64,000 nucleotides of DNA, taken from Raillietiella orientalis (lineage: Eukaryota). Location: assembly GCA_036172245.1 (NCBI GenBank), contig JAYWIR010000002.1, positions 2,604,001 through 2,668,000 on the forward strand, in the 5' to 3' direction. The translations under genes and the position numbers were made by a program. The notes below the pieces were generated by a model, which saw only the letters and a program-made list of their open reading frames with translations, did not search any database and had not been told where the DNA came from. Shown here piece by piece: positions 12,301 to 24,082 of the stretch. Each line of letters opens with the position of its first letter. Positions within the stretch are counted from its first letter, which is position 1.

Positions 12301-14113
12301 GCACCAAAACATAGTGCGCCCACTTCGTTTCCTCCCGGTTGCGTGTGTGGGGGGAGGGGGAACCGAATTGGCCGGGGCTGGCTCCTCTGGTTCCCGCTCT
12401 CTGCTTTCCGCTCCCGCCTTCCCCCCCCCCCTGCATCCTCGAGGATGCCAGGCTGTGGACCTGTCTCTTGCCCTCGGAAGGATCTTGTCTTGTTCCCCCA
12501 GATCATCCAGCCAGCCAGCGACCTTTCTCGAGGAAGGGGAACCGCAGGCAAACGGGAGAAGGGATGCGGTGAGACGGCGGCGGCGACTCGCCCGCGCCGA
12601 CTTCCTTTCTTCCTCCCGGACGACGACAGGCTCTTCCGGCGTTTTCCCCGTCCCCCTTGCCGGTTTTCTCGCCCGTCGGTGAAAGCCTCCCGCAGAGGAG
12701 CTCCTCCTCCTCCTCTTCCGGAATCGCATGGGTCCGGCGGGATTAGCGCGCAGCGTCCCGATCTCGGGAGTAGTCGAGCGTGCCAGTCCTTTGAGGTCTC
12801 CCATCGGTCACTCGGGATGGTTTTCGCGAGCCAGTTCGGTTCTGCTCCCTCGTCCTCCTCCTTCTCCGAGCGGGGGAATGCTGCTGTTACCAGGAGTTCC
12901 CCATGGGTTTCCTGCCACGACAATCCACTGGGGGGGGAGGGAGGGACACGAGCGAACGAACTTTCCTTCTCCAGAGGGACTCTCCAGCGCACATCGCGCC
13001 TCTCCACAGGGATTCCCCTCGACCTTTCCTTCCCAAGAAAAGCTCCTTGAGGGACGAGGCGCCCGGAGGCTCCTTCCCGAGATGAGTCCCGCATGCGGGT
13101 GTCCGAGAGTCCCCCTGTCCCGACCTTCTCCACCTTCCCTGAGCTACGGAAGAGTCCCTTCGGATAGAGGGGTAGAGGAAGGAGAGAGGGACAACGCCTG
13201 AAGGCCGTCCTTCCGCCCCACCAAGGTACTGCCGCCTCGGGGCTCGTGCGAACGGCTCCGAGAGTCCCTTCCGTGGCGCACTGGATCCTCGGGAGTCCCC
13301 GATTCTTCTTTTGGGGATCCCCGAAGGGGTAACGGAAGTGAGACTCTCCTCGTAGACCTTTTTTCCACTTTCGGTAGCCGAAGCAACGCGCGCTCTCTGC
13401 ACAGCGCTGCTATCCTTCACGCTCCCTCGAGCCTCTCTCAGGGATGGCGGCGTCCTGGGAGTCACGAAAAGAAAAGCGGGATAGCAATCTCCGAATCCTC
13501 TTCTCCCTGAGCGCCCCCTCCTTCCCTTCTCTCTCTCCCCCTTCCTTCCTACTCCTTGCCCTTCTGAGGGTGGCGGGACCCTCAAACTCCTGACGATTGA
13601 GAGGAACGGGAAACTTTTCTGAGGAGGGAGAGGCAGAGGTTCCGGGGGGACTTTGAAGATAGGGATCCTCCGGGGACGAGGGGTTGTCCTCCGGGAATTC
13701 CTGCAGTCGCAAAAGGAACCCTCGCTTGGATTCCCTATCGCTCAGGCTCCTCCTCCCGTTCCCTTTCTTCTCGGACCCCGGTTTTCCATCTTCCTAGAAA
13801 TGGAAAGGAGGAGTGAAGGGAGGGAACGCCGCCTCCAGGAAGTGCAAGGAAAGGAGAAAGAGAAGAAAGAGCAACAACAACACACACAAAAAGAGAGGTC
13901 TTTCTTCCTTGTGTCTTCCGGGGTGCTTTATCCTTTCTCCTTCCCTTCTGCTCTCTCCACTCTTCCCCCTCCGCTCACCACTACAGCCCGCTTTCTCGCG
14001 AAAACCTCCCAGCCGAAAAATCGGGAAGGGGGGAAGAGAAGGAAACAAAACTCGGGAAAAAGGGATGAAAGGAGAGGAAGGAAGATGTGAGTGTCCGTCT
14101 TCGGAAGTGCTGA

Positions 14114-14215
<102 letters not shown>

Positions 14216-14287
14216 TAAGCCACAGGGGAAGACGGAAGGTCCTCTGCTTCTCCGTTCGATCCCTGACCCCTCTCTCGTCTTCCCCAG

Positions 14288-14356
14288 CCGATGCTGCGAT
14301 AAGAAGAGCTGCGGTAACCGCAACGAAACCCCGTCTGATCCCGTGATAATCGACAG
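14288..14356 (+). CDS. kn: COE coding exon 6 (69 nt, zinc knuckle)
   Basis: ccccag| [22 protein letters not shown](R) |gtaggt. Confidence 0.97.
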
Positions 14357-15657
14357 GTAGGTGCTACTCAGGAAGGTCTTTTGTCCCTCCTCCCCCTTCT
14401 TCACGTCCTTCCCTCAAAGAAAGCAGAAGAGGGCTCAGGAAGCGCGTCAAGTTCCTCCGGGAGCGAAGGGGGAGGCAGGTCGGATCCCGCCGGGAGGCAA
14501 GGGATGTGTGAGTTGGGATGGAAGGGGAGCTCATCGTGCGGCGTCTCGGACCGACGTCCCTTTCCATCCCATTCCCGTCTCCACCTTTCTTTCTGCTCCC
14601 GTTGCGTGCAGAAAGAAAGGAAAGCGTTCCCGGAAAGGGTACCAATGCCCCGATCTTCAGAATTCCCTGACCCACTACGACCTCCCTCCCTCTCTCTCTC
14701 TTCCCGTAATAACTCGCCTAGTCCAGTCCGTATTATCTTCCCGTTCCCCTTTCCTCCTCCTCCTCCTCCTCCTCCTCTCCGTTCCCGGATCTGATGAGTT
14801 CCCCCGGCTCCTGGCCGTAGTGTAGGGAAGAACCTCGTTCCTGCTCCCGGGACCCCTCAGGGCTCTCCCCTGTATGCGTCTCGAGAGGGACTCCGATCCT
14901 CCCCCCCGCGCAACCCGTCGGAATTCCCTCCGCGCGAAGAGTCGCGGACGCGTCCCTCAAGTCCCTCCTCGGACCGTGTTTTCTGGATACTCCGGCAGCT
15001 CGCGAGCCGCCTGTTTTTCCCGTCTCCGCTGGGCTCCTTTTCTCCCAGGAGCTCGAGATGTCCTTCTTCGGCTGCGATGCGATCCCGGCACTTTCATTGG
15101 TTGATATCCCGGGAGGAATCTTCTCCGCGGATCGATAACCTCTGGAGACTCCTGCAGGATTCCCCGGAGTAACATAACGTGTTCCTACATTTTACCTGTT
15201 TGCCTCCCTCACGAGTTCCATCCTCGTAATCGACCGGGACTTTTCCCTCCTTTGGATTCGTCCGGGATATAAAAAGAGCGGTCGGGATTCCTCGTCTTAT
15301 CAGCCGCTTGGCGAGCCCGGGATTCCTCGAACACGCGTCGTCGCGCTCCATCCTCCGGAGAGGAACAGAGAGAGAGGGGGGGAAGGAAAGAAAGAAGAAA
15401 GCAGAAGAAGAGCGAAAGACTCTCCTAGCTCCTCCCGTCTTCCCACTTGAGAGCCGAGGAGGCAGAGAGGCCTCCAAGGACTCCGGAGGTCCTTGGAATT
15501 GACTCCCGTCCTGTGAGGAAGCCAACTCGATCCCGGAAAGAGAGAGAGAGGCAGAGGAAATAAAGGAAAGCGATCCCGGGGAGCGGGACGCTTGGCGCTC
15601 GCGCTCGCCAGCGAAGCTGCGTAGGAGATCCCCCTTTTCTTCCCTTTTTTTTCCTTT

Positions 15658-16720
15658 GGGACTCCGCTCACGGCAGTCTTTCACTTGCGCAATCCGCGAG
15701 GCGAGCATCCGAAGAGCACGGAGCGGGAACGTCACGGTGGATCTTCACGGAGGACGCGCGCGGCCTGCCCTTCCTTCTCCTCCCTCTCTGGGAGACGCGG
15801 AGGCGTCGGGAGGAACGCGAAGGGGAAAGGGTGGCAGACGAGAGAGTTTCCGGGGCAAGCGGCGCCAAGTTTCCTCCGACAGCAGCGGGAGGAGCAGGAA
15901 GGCTGGACGGATCCTCCCTCTCGCTAGGCATCCAACAGCTGGTCGGAGTGAGGTCGTCAGGGGCCGGAACCAGGAACCCCGGGTGGGTGGGGGGTGGGGA
16001 TTCTGCCCAGCTGGCAGCCCCCCGCGTTCCCTCAAGAGGGAGCGCAGGGAAGGGAGCGAGCTGCCCTCCCGCTCTGTCGGCGGGGAAACCCCCCCGTCCG
16101 CGCCCTACAGGGTCTATCTAGGGTGAGAAGTGGCGGAGAGGAAGGAAGGGAAAGTTCTGGAAAAGGCAAGAGGCCTCCTCTCACTGAGGCGCACTGCCTT
16201 CCCCCGTCTTCGTCTCTGCTCCTCTTCTTCCCCTTCTTTGGCGCGACCCGAGAGCTTCCTCTAGAGGAGGGCGCCGCCCTCTCTTATACCACCCATGCTC
16301 CTTCCCACGTCGGTCGGCCGCTCTCCTGCAACAGGGGATGTGTGGAATGGGCGAGCACGGGAAGTGGTTTTTTTTCCCGGAGACGAGAAGCCTCTTCGCT
16401 GCGGGCAAGCATCGGCCCCTCGCCCTTTGTCCCTCCCTCTTATCCAGGATCAAACGCACCCTCACACGCGCCCAATTCTGATGAGAAGGGACCCTCAAGG
16501 GAAGAAACTTGGCGCCGCTTGCCCCGGAAACGCTCCCGTCTGCCACCCTTTCCCCTTCGCGTTCCTCCCGACGCCTCCGCGTCTCCCAGAGAGGGAGGAG
16601 AAGGAAGGGCAGGCCGCGCGCGTCCTCCGTGAAGATCCACCGTGACGTTCCCGCTCCGCGCTCTCCGGATGCTCGCCTCCCGGATTGAGGAAGCGAAAGA
16701 CTGCCGGGAGCGGAGGTCCC
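15658..16720. repeat. inverted repeat pair, arms 15658-15877 and 16500-16720 (about 220 bp, low-90s % identity by eye)
   Basis: Direct reverse-complement comparison; near-identical peptides in ORFs 15656(+) and 16440(-). Confidence 0.95.
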
Positions 16721-17330
16721 CGGGGAGCAATTGCAGCAGCAGCGACGGAACGGAATGCAAATCGTCTCGTCCTCCGGGCTGTGCCCGAGAGCGCTCGAGC
16801 GGAGTAGTTCGCTCCCTGAACGCGTCTGAGCGGTCGCTCTCCGCGGAAGAAGAAACGGAGGGTGTGCCCTGACCCGGGGGAGGAAAGGAGGGAGAGGAGA
16901 AATCATCCTCTTCCCTTTCTTGCTCAGGCCTGGCTCGAAGCGGCACCTCCCAATCTCTCCGCGATCCCCGCATCACCCACCCGCCCCTGGATTCGTCTTC
17001 GGAAATCGCACAATCACCCGGGATCAGCAAGACGGGAAATCCGAGGGAGCGACGGAGACGGGGGATGAAAGGAGCTGTCGTCGCTTCGAGCATTCCCAAG
17101 GTCCCGTTTCCGGCTCCTTTTCCGGATGGCTGATCTGCCGCACGTGGGGAGCACAGTGCCCTTCGTTCTTAGGGCAGCTGCCCTCGAAGACACGGCAGGC
17201 GCGCCCTCTGCGCCCAGACTTCGGCCCCTCTTCCCTCCCGCGTGGACGTGCGGGTCCCTACGATCGAAAGCGGGGGAGAAAAGGGCAACACTAGTCAAGG
17301 AGGATCAGCTTTCCCGGAAAGGCAAGATCT
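16500..17330 (-). pseudogene. inverted histone-array block (H3 then H4 on -)
   Basis: ORF 16440-17099(-): DCAIS..RDWEVPLRARPEQ (H3 LCAIH..[13 protein letters not shown]) followed by IREASIRRARSGNV (H4). Confidence 0.65.
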
Positions 17331-17769
17331 GACGATTCCTCTCCCGCCATGGGGAGAGCACCCTCCACGAACCTCGTAGGGCATCAGTCAAGGAAAAGTC
17401 ATCCCAGAGGTCGCCAGCTGCTCTCCCCTATCTCGGAGCGGCCCCTCGTCTTGTGCTCCTGTAGCAGGAGGCGGAGGGAACCTCCCGAGACCTTCTTAGG
17501 GATCCCCACACGAGATTCATGGATCTCCAGGTTATAGACGCTCTAAAAAGAGAGCTTGGAGGAGAGTACAGAGAACATCATCTCTCTCTGGACAGCCCAA
17601 GAAGAGGGGGGGGGGAAGGCATAGGAAGGGTCCAAGGTAGCTTCGAGCCAGTCTCGTGTGGTCGGTGCGATAGCAGCGCAACCCCGGTGGCTAGTGGAAG
17701 GGTCGTCTCCTGCTCGTCCTCTCCCCAGTCTCCGTCCGAAAGAATCTCATTAGGATCTTCTATTTCCAG

Positions 17770-17851
17770 ATTCTTCCTCAAGTTTTTCCTCAAGTGCAAC
17801 CAGAACTGCTTGAAGAACGCGGGTAACCCCCGAGACATGAGGAGATTCCAA
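17770..17851 (+). CDS. kn: COE coding exon 7 (82 nt)
   Basis: ttccag| [27 protein letters not shown] |gtaagt. Confidence 0.97.
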
Positions 17852-18355
17852 GTAAGTGCAAGTCTTCCTTTGCCCAGGGAAGGGGATCCCAGGGGCTCCG
17901 AGGGTCTCCCGTAAAAAGGGAGTGGACAGGGGGAGAGCACTGGTAACTCCAAATTCCCAAGAAGAGAAGGAGGGGGGCAATCTGGCAGCAGCCACCACTT
18001 CTCCAGCTCCTCGTCTCTGACTCCGCATCCCTTCTCTCCCCTCTTTCCCAAGGGACGTTTCCTTTTGCTCACCGGGGATGCTGCTTCCACAGAACCAGAG
18101 TGAGCAGCCCCTCCAGATGTGGACGCGTCAGTAGAGCATGAGCGCAGCGCTTCCTGCTACTCCCCTTCCCTCCACACCCTCCCCCTTCCACTTCCCGTCC
18201 CCAAAGGATGGTTCCCGATGCCTCCCTGCTCCTCTTCACGTCGCCCTCCCTCACCTTTCGAGCCCGGAGAGCAGCGGTGGGGGCACCACGGGACAACCTC
18301 TCCCCTTTCCCCCCCCGCTGGGTATTCCAACTTTCTCCGTGCCCGTCCTTTCTAG

Positions 18356-18473
18356 GTAGTGATAGCAACTCAGGTCAATGTGGACAGCAACCTGCTGGCT
18401 ATTTCGGACAACATGTTCGTGCACAACAACTCCAAGCACGGGAGGAGGGCGAAGCGTATGGACCCCTCAGACG
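18356..18473 (+). CDS. kn: COE coding exon 8
   Basis: ttctag| [39 protein letters not shown] |gtaatg. Confidence 0.95.
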
Positions 18474-19618
18474 GTAATGCTGCCCTCTCGCATTGGTCGG
18501 GTGTTCTTGGAAGGGACGTCTCCTCGGGATGGACTTTTCCTTTCGCACGCGCGCGCGCGCCGGTAGCAACTGAGGGTCGCGGATGCTTCAGAAGCGGAAT
18601 GGGAGGAGGGAGAGGAGGGCAATTCCCCTCCCTCCTCCGGTTCTCTCCCCCCCCTTCTTTCCCATCCGGACTCCCGGATGGGAGAGGAGGGAGGTAGGAG
18701 TGCTGTCGGGGATCACGCTGATGTCAAAGAGATGGACGAACGCTCCATAGGAATCTCCCTGCACTTCCACGCGCGCTCTGCCTTCCTTCCTATTCGGGGA
18801 CTCCTGCCTTTCTTCCTCCAGCCTGCTCCCCCCCGTTCTTCCCCCTCCTGGTGATGGAGGAGCTCCATAGAGCTTCTCCGATTGCGAGCGGAGTGGGTTT
18901 CGTCTTCCTGTGAAAGGGAGCAACGCAGTTTGCCCGTTCCACCTTCCTTCCTCCCAGGAGGCACACAGTCTCCCCTTCCTTCCTCTCGGAAACCTCGATG
19001 CTCGCCTCCGATTCTCGGGCATCGGGAGATCTTCGCTGGTGAGTCCGCATGGACGTGGAGAATAGTGCGCCAACTCTCTCGAAGGCTTTCGCTCTGGCGT
19101 GCTGCAAGCGTGCCGAACCGCCTCCGTACCAGCGGCGGAAGGATGCTGACCGTCCAGGCAAGACGATCTTGACTTTGACCCCTACGCTGCTGCCCGGTAT
19201 TTCCAGCCTCTCCCTCTCTCTCGAGTCTCGTGGAATCTATTGAGGAGACTGTGAGGGTCTTCACTCGTTGCATACCCACGAACGGGATGTGTAAGCACGG
19301 GGGGCACGCAGGGTCACGCGTACTTCGAACGCCAAGCCCTGCCACTTTCACGATCCCACGAATCTTTCTTTCCTCGCCCTCTCCCGAGTTCTCTCCATTC
19401 TTGTTCAAAGGCCTCCACTTGAATCTTTCCCCTTTCACGTTGAGATGATGATGCTTCCCTGAAACACCACTTCGAGACTTGGGAACATTAATCATTCTGA
19501 TTAAAACATGGAAACCGTAACCCTAGGCATTGACACCCTGAATCGTGACTCCATGGGACTTCTTGGCTATGTATCGCCGCCTTTTTGCTCTTGAATCGCT
19601 CTAACAATGAGAGCCTGG

Positions 19619-20540
19619 GAATCCCATGGCTTTAATAGCGCAAAATTCCAAGATGGTGGCGCTCAGTGTAGGCTTGACGGGCTTCCAAGACGGACGATTG
19701 CATGCATTCCAGTTTTTGTTTCAAGAATTTCCTTCCCCACCCTTTCCTCCCAAAAGCACGGGAGTCGTGGTACAGGCTGAGCTCTAGATTTCTTCCGGAC
19801 CCAGGGCAATGAGGGGTCCCTGCAAAAGTGGCAACTTGTCCTAATGTTCATAGAAGGCACATGCATCTGTGCTCCTGGGTTCGCGGCGTGTGCCCCATCT
19901 ATCGTAAACATAACCTTCAGCGCGAAATGATTTCGACACGATAGGGAAAGAACAGGGTAGCCACCCCTGCGTTTTGTACCCCAAAGGATCGGAGAAGCAG
20001 GCCGGCATCACGTGCGCGAAGAGAGTGCTTCCGCTGTGTCACCAAAATTCAGAGATCCCTCGTACCAGTTTACGCCTTTCATGTTTGCCGCATGAAACTC
20101 TTTGAGGTTCCAGGCTCTCGAGAGCCGTCCTCCTGATGGCCCACGACACCGTTATCCTGCAAGCTCGTTTCCACGAAAACGTGCATCCTCTTGTAACAAG
20201 GCGAGATGGGCGCTCGCTTAATGAACCGAGTAATGCCATGTTCGCTGACAGGCGTCGATCTTGGAATGCAGGTCCACGGTTTTCTTCTCTTATCACGTGA
20301 ATGAACTTTTCTCATGAGACTGAACACACAGCTCCTAGAAATACATGCATCTGTATGCACATTACAAACAGGTGCTCCTTCATTTCCATGCTCACAGTTC
20401 ATGGAACGTATGCCACCTGCTATCTATATGTGTATTTATATGTATGCATACATATATGCATATCATCCGACTTGAAAGCTCGGCAAGCCTACACGGAGCG
20501 CCGCCATCTTGAATTTCGGGCTATTAAAGCCGTGGGATTC
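19619..20540. repeat. inverted repeat pair, arms about 19619-19706 and 20456-20540 (about 85 bp, roughly 85% identity by eye)
   Basis: gaatcccatggctttaatagcgcaaaattccaagatggtggcgctcagtgtaggcttg versus caagcctacacggagcgccgccatcttgaatttcgggctattaaagccgtgggattc. Confidence 0.9.
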
Positions 20541-20600
20541 GAAGATGTGTGTAGCAGGTGGCAACCGATTTGGCTTTTCTTTTATAATATGTACACGAGA
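19890..20600 (-). pseudogene. inverted histone-array block (H3, H4, start of H2B on -)
   Basis: ORF 20079-20402(-): HGITRFIKR and MHVFVETSLQD match H4 QGITKPAIRR and LKVFLENVIRD. Confidence 0.6.
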
Positions 20601-23026
20601 AACCTTTGCTAATCGGTACACTTACCACATGTACATTCATGGAAATAATAAAGGTGAAATTGTGCACTTATCTCTGTAAATGCATAATTTCATTGGCTTT
20701 CCAACAGTTTAGTTAGGACCTAATTATGAAGCTGAATGCGGTGAGGAAATTAGAAAGGGTACCGTCAGAAAGATTCCGGATCTCTGAGCAGGAAACCAGA
20801 AATTTCGGCCTGCGCACACCTGAGCGCGGTCTTTCATTTCTTTAATCCTCCTGGCAAGGGGCACCCACCATAAGAACGAAGAACGTGCTGTGGTGCATTT
20901 TGGTGTTTCTGTGAGACGCATCTCCAGGACGTGTCCCGCTAACAAGTGTGTGTGCAGCCATTCCGATCCGGGAGAGGAGCCCACTCCCAGACAAAGGCCC
21001 ACAACACATTCCCGCCCACGATCCATTATTCATTTCTTATTAATTATTAAGTGCTGCTTCGCGAGCGGCACGGCACTCGCTGCCGATTCTCGCCGTGCAC
21101 TGCAGAGTCAGCAGCGTGGAGCCGCCTCTGCGCGCTCTTAAGAACGGGAGCTGACCTCGGAAGCCTCCTTGAGAGTGTGTGTGTGTGTGCGCGCGCGTGT
21201 GTGTGGAGGAACGAGGGGGATGGAGACTCTCCAGAGGCAGGAGAGCGATACCTTCCCGCAAGGCTGGCGCCGGAGATGAAAATTCGAAAGGATCTTCTTC
21301 CGGATCGATTCGGCTTGCCCTCTTCGAACGAGCACTTCCCGACGACGGAGGCGGCCATATTCCCAGACGGGAAGGGGGGCTCATCTCCGAACCAGAAGAA
21401 CCCTGCTATTCTTTCTAGAAGGGAAGACTCCCACTCGCCCGGACGGTCGGGCTGCACCCGTGCCTTGCTGGCGCCGAAGTTTCCCTGCATCGTCGGTTCT
21501 TCCCGAGAGCCTCCTGGTCTCGGAAGGACCGCGAGGGTCCTCTTCCAGACCCGGTCTGAGAGTGGAAGTTTCTTCGGCACTGCTGTGCTGCTGCACCAAG
21601 GGTCTCCAAGGTCCCGATCGATAGCGGTCTCCTCTCCGAGTTCATAGCGCGCCGCCGAAAGGGAGGGAAAGGGAGGAGAGGAGGAGCCTCCGTGACGAGG
21701 GGGTGGCGTCACGGCGTGTCATCCCTCCGCCTGCTTCCCGTCGCTTTCCCGAGAAGCGGGGCTTTTCCGAGATTCACGACGACCCGCCAAGCAAGGCTCG
21801 CCGCGGCGGCGGAGGCTGCTCCGCTTTGGCGCGACCGGGAAAGCGAGAACTTCCGCCTCCGGAGGATGGTGTGGGCGCGTCTCCAGCAGCTCTCTCGCAG
21901 CTCCCGGGAACGCCGCTATTATCCGAGAACGCTCACCGTGAGGTGTCGCGACCGGGAGACGGGAGCGTTCTCCGGCGACGACACGATCCGGCGGGGTTCT
22001 TCTCTCGCTCTCTCGACCGGTTCCCGCCCGGGATCATCTCATCAAGAATTCTCCCTCGTCCTCGTTCGAGGGTAGGATGCGAGGGTGGCTGCGTGGGGAC
22101 GGGGATTTCCCTTGCCCCTCCACAGCAGCATCAGGGGTCCTTTGGGATTCGACCCTTCGGAGTCATCTCTGATGATAACATGCCCAGCACCTTTCCCGTA
22201 TGAGAATCTGGAGGAGGGAGCGAGGAGCAGCGACATTTTCAAGGCGACCGGTGCGTTGGTCACGCCGTGTCTCTGAACCAGCGGAAATGCAGATTGGGAT
22301 CGTCAGCCTCCCTCCTCTGTCCGAGAGAAACCGGCACCTCTCTCATCCGTTCGCAGGAGTGGCCCTTTTATCGGGAGAGCAGGCCCTGGACTCCTCTGGG
22401 ACCTCGGTAGCCCGCACTGGAGCGCGTATCCTCCTTCTGGAAGGATCTTTCTCTCGCCTCATCGTTCGGCACGCGCGCCACACATCCGCTCAGCCATCGC
22501 GCCCATCCGCCCCGTCTACCGAATCGTCTTCCGGTGCTCCACCATCAGAGTCGACTGAGGGAGGTAGAAGAAGAATGGGGAAGAGAAGAAGAAGATGAGC
22601 GGGCAACTGGGAGCTCCATGAGCCCTGTTTTTCGACTGATGGCTCTTCATTCCCCACTTCTTTGTTCCCGACGGGGGCGACGAGTTCCCTCCTGGGGATC
22701 GGTCGCAGGGTCAAGGAGCACCTTTTCTTCGGACGCTTCGGATGCATCTTCCACCATCTCTTGGAACCATTCGGAAGCCACCCCTGTAGTGACCCTCCTT
22801 CGGTTCCCCCCACATCTTCCCTCACTCTGAACATGCCTTCACTGCTCCAGCATTCTCGGGGTCAGGACGGGCGTCCTTGGATCTCATCAGCGCACCGAAA
22901 CCAGCAGGAAACTGAGACGGGACGAAACGACCGCAGCTCGAACCCTGCGATCGTCGGAGGAATCTGAAGAGGATGGTCCGTGAAAAGGTCGAGCTCGCTG
23001 CCGGAGTCGGGGTGAATTCCCGCTGA

Positions 23027-23371
<345 letters not shown>

Positions 23372-23441
23372 TAATCGTCCTTCCGCCCCCTCCCCCTCCT
23401 CTCCTCCTCTCTCTTTCTGCTTCCCGATCTTTGCGCGGCAG

Positions 23442-23568
23442 TTCATCACCACGCACGCCATCCGAGTGCAAACGCCGCCCAGGCATATCCCCGGGGTGGT
23501 CGAAGTCACCCTATCCTACAAATCCAAGCACTTCTGCAAAGGGGCTCCCGGTCGCTTCGCCTACGTGT
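23442..23568 (+). CDS. kn: COE coding exon 10 (127 nt)
   Basis: cggcag| [42 protein letters not shown] |gtaagt. Confidence 0.96.
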
Positions 23569-23637
23569 GTAAGTAATCCAGAAAACGCTCCAGCGCGCTT
23601 CAGCACTCAGGGTCTCGGGAAAAAGTTCCCACCGTCT

Positions 23638-23726
23638 CGCTCACCGAACCCACGATCGATTACGGTTTCCAGAGACTGTCAAAGCTCATACCGAGGCATC
23701 CGGGAGATCCTGAGAAGCTGCCGAAG
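23638..23726 (+). CDS. kn: COE coding exon 11 (HLH helix 1); 5' boundary uncertain (no AG at the conserved position; in-frame AGs give starts at 23611 or 23626)
   Basis: (S)[29 protein letters not shown] |gtagca. Confidence 0.88.
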
Positions 23727-23815
23727 GTAGCACTGCCCTCCGGCCTGCCTCTGGGAGGGAGGGAGGCCGCCCCTTCCTTCGCCCTCCTAACTCTCTCCCA
23801 TCTGCCCCACCCTAG

Positions 23816-23990
23816 GAGATCATCTTGAAGAGAGCGGCAGACCTGGCAGAGGCGCTGTATAACATGCCGAGGAGCAACCAGCTCGCCCTCACGAATCCGA
23901 GGTCGCCGGCCATCAACAACATGTCTAGCGGGATGGCGGGTTTCAACACGTACAGCGTCCAGGACACCCCTGGAGCCCAGTGGAGCGAAG
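23816..23990 (+). CDS. kn: COE coding exon 12 (HLH helix 2)
   Basis: ccctag| [31 protein letters not shown]...QWSE |gtgagg. Confidence 0.93.
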
Positions 23991-24082
23991 GTGAGGGAAC
24001 GCACGCATCGAAAAGGTTCAACACACTCAAAAACTCCCTTTTTCTTTTTTTTTTGGTTCTCATCTCAGGTTTTTTATTTTAG

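Larger units (their letters stand above)
17340..19880 (+). pseudogene. degenerate histone array, + block 2 (spans COE exons 7-8)
   Basis: H4 TFLGIPTRD and [16 protein letters not shown]2B ERISLGSS and LPLPRE..SEG; H2A FLLLTGDAA; H3 [24 protein letters not shown] and MSKRWT; H4 MDVENS; H2B PGISSLSLSLES. Confidence 0.8.

Noticed and set aside
10709-13133. Long minus-strand ORFs (575 and 497 aa) and other long R/P/G/S-rich ORFs as genes
   Set aside because: Low-complexity products of stop-poor GC-rich DNA antisense to the histone relics; no recognisable domains.
19663-20300. NACHT/STAND NTPase pseudogene on - (LKVMFTIDG as Walker B)
   Set aside because: No real Walker A; the segment fits minus-strand H4 followed by H2B better.
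23611-23638. GGTCTC and CGTCTC (BsaI and BsmBI sites) with a CTCA direct repeat, suggesting an engineered or inserted fragment
   Set aside because: Hexamers are expected by chance in GC-rich DNA, and removing the segment would leave a 35-nt intron.
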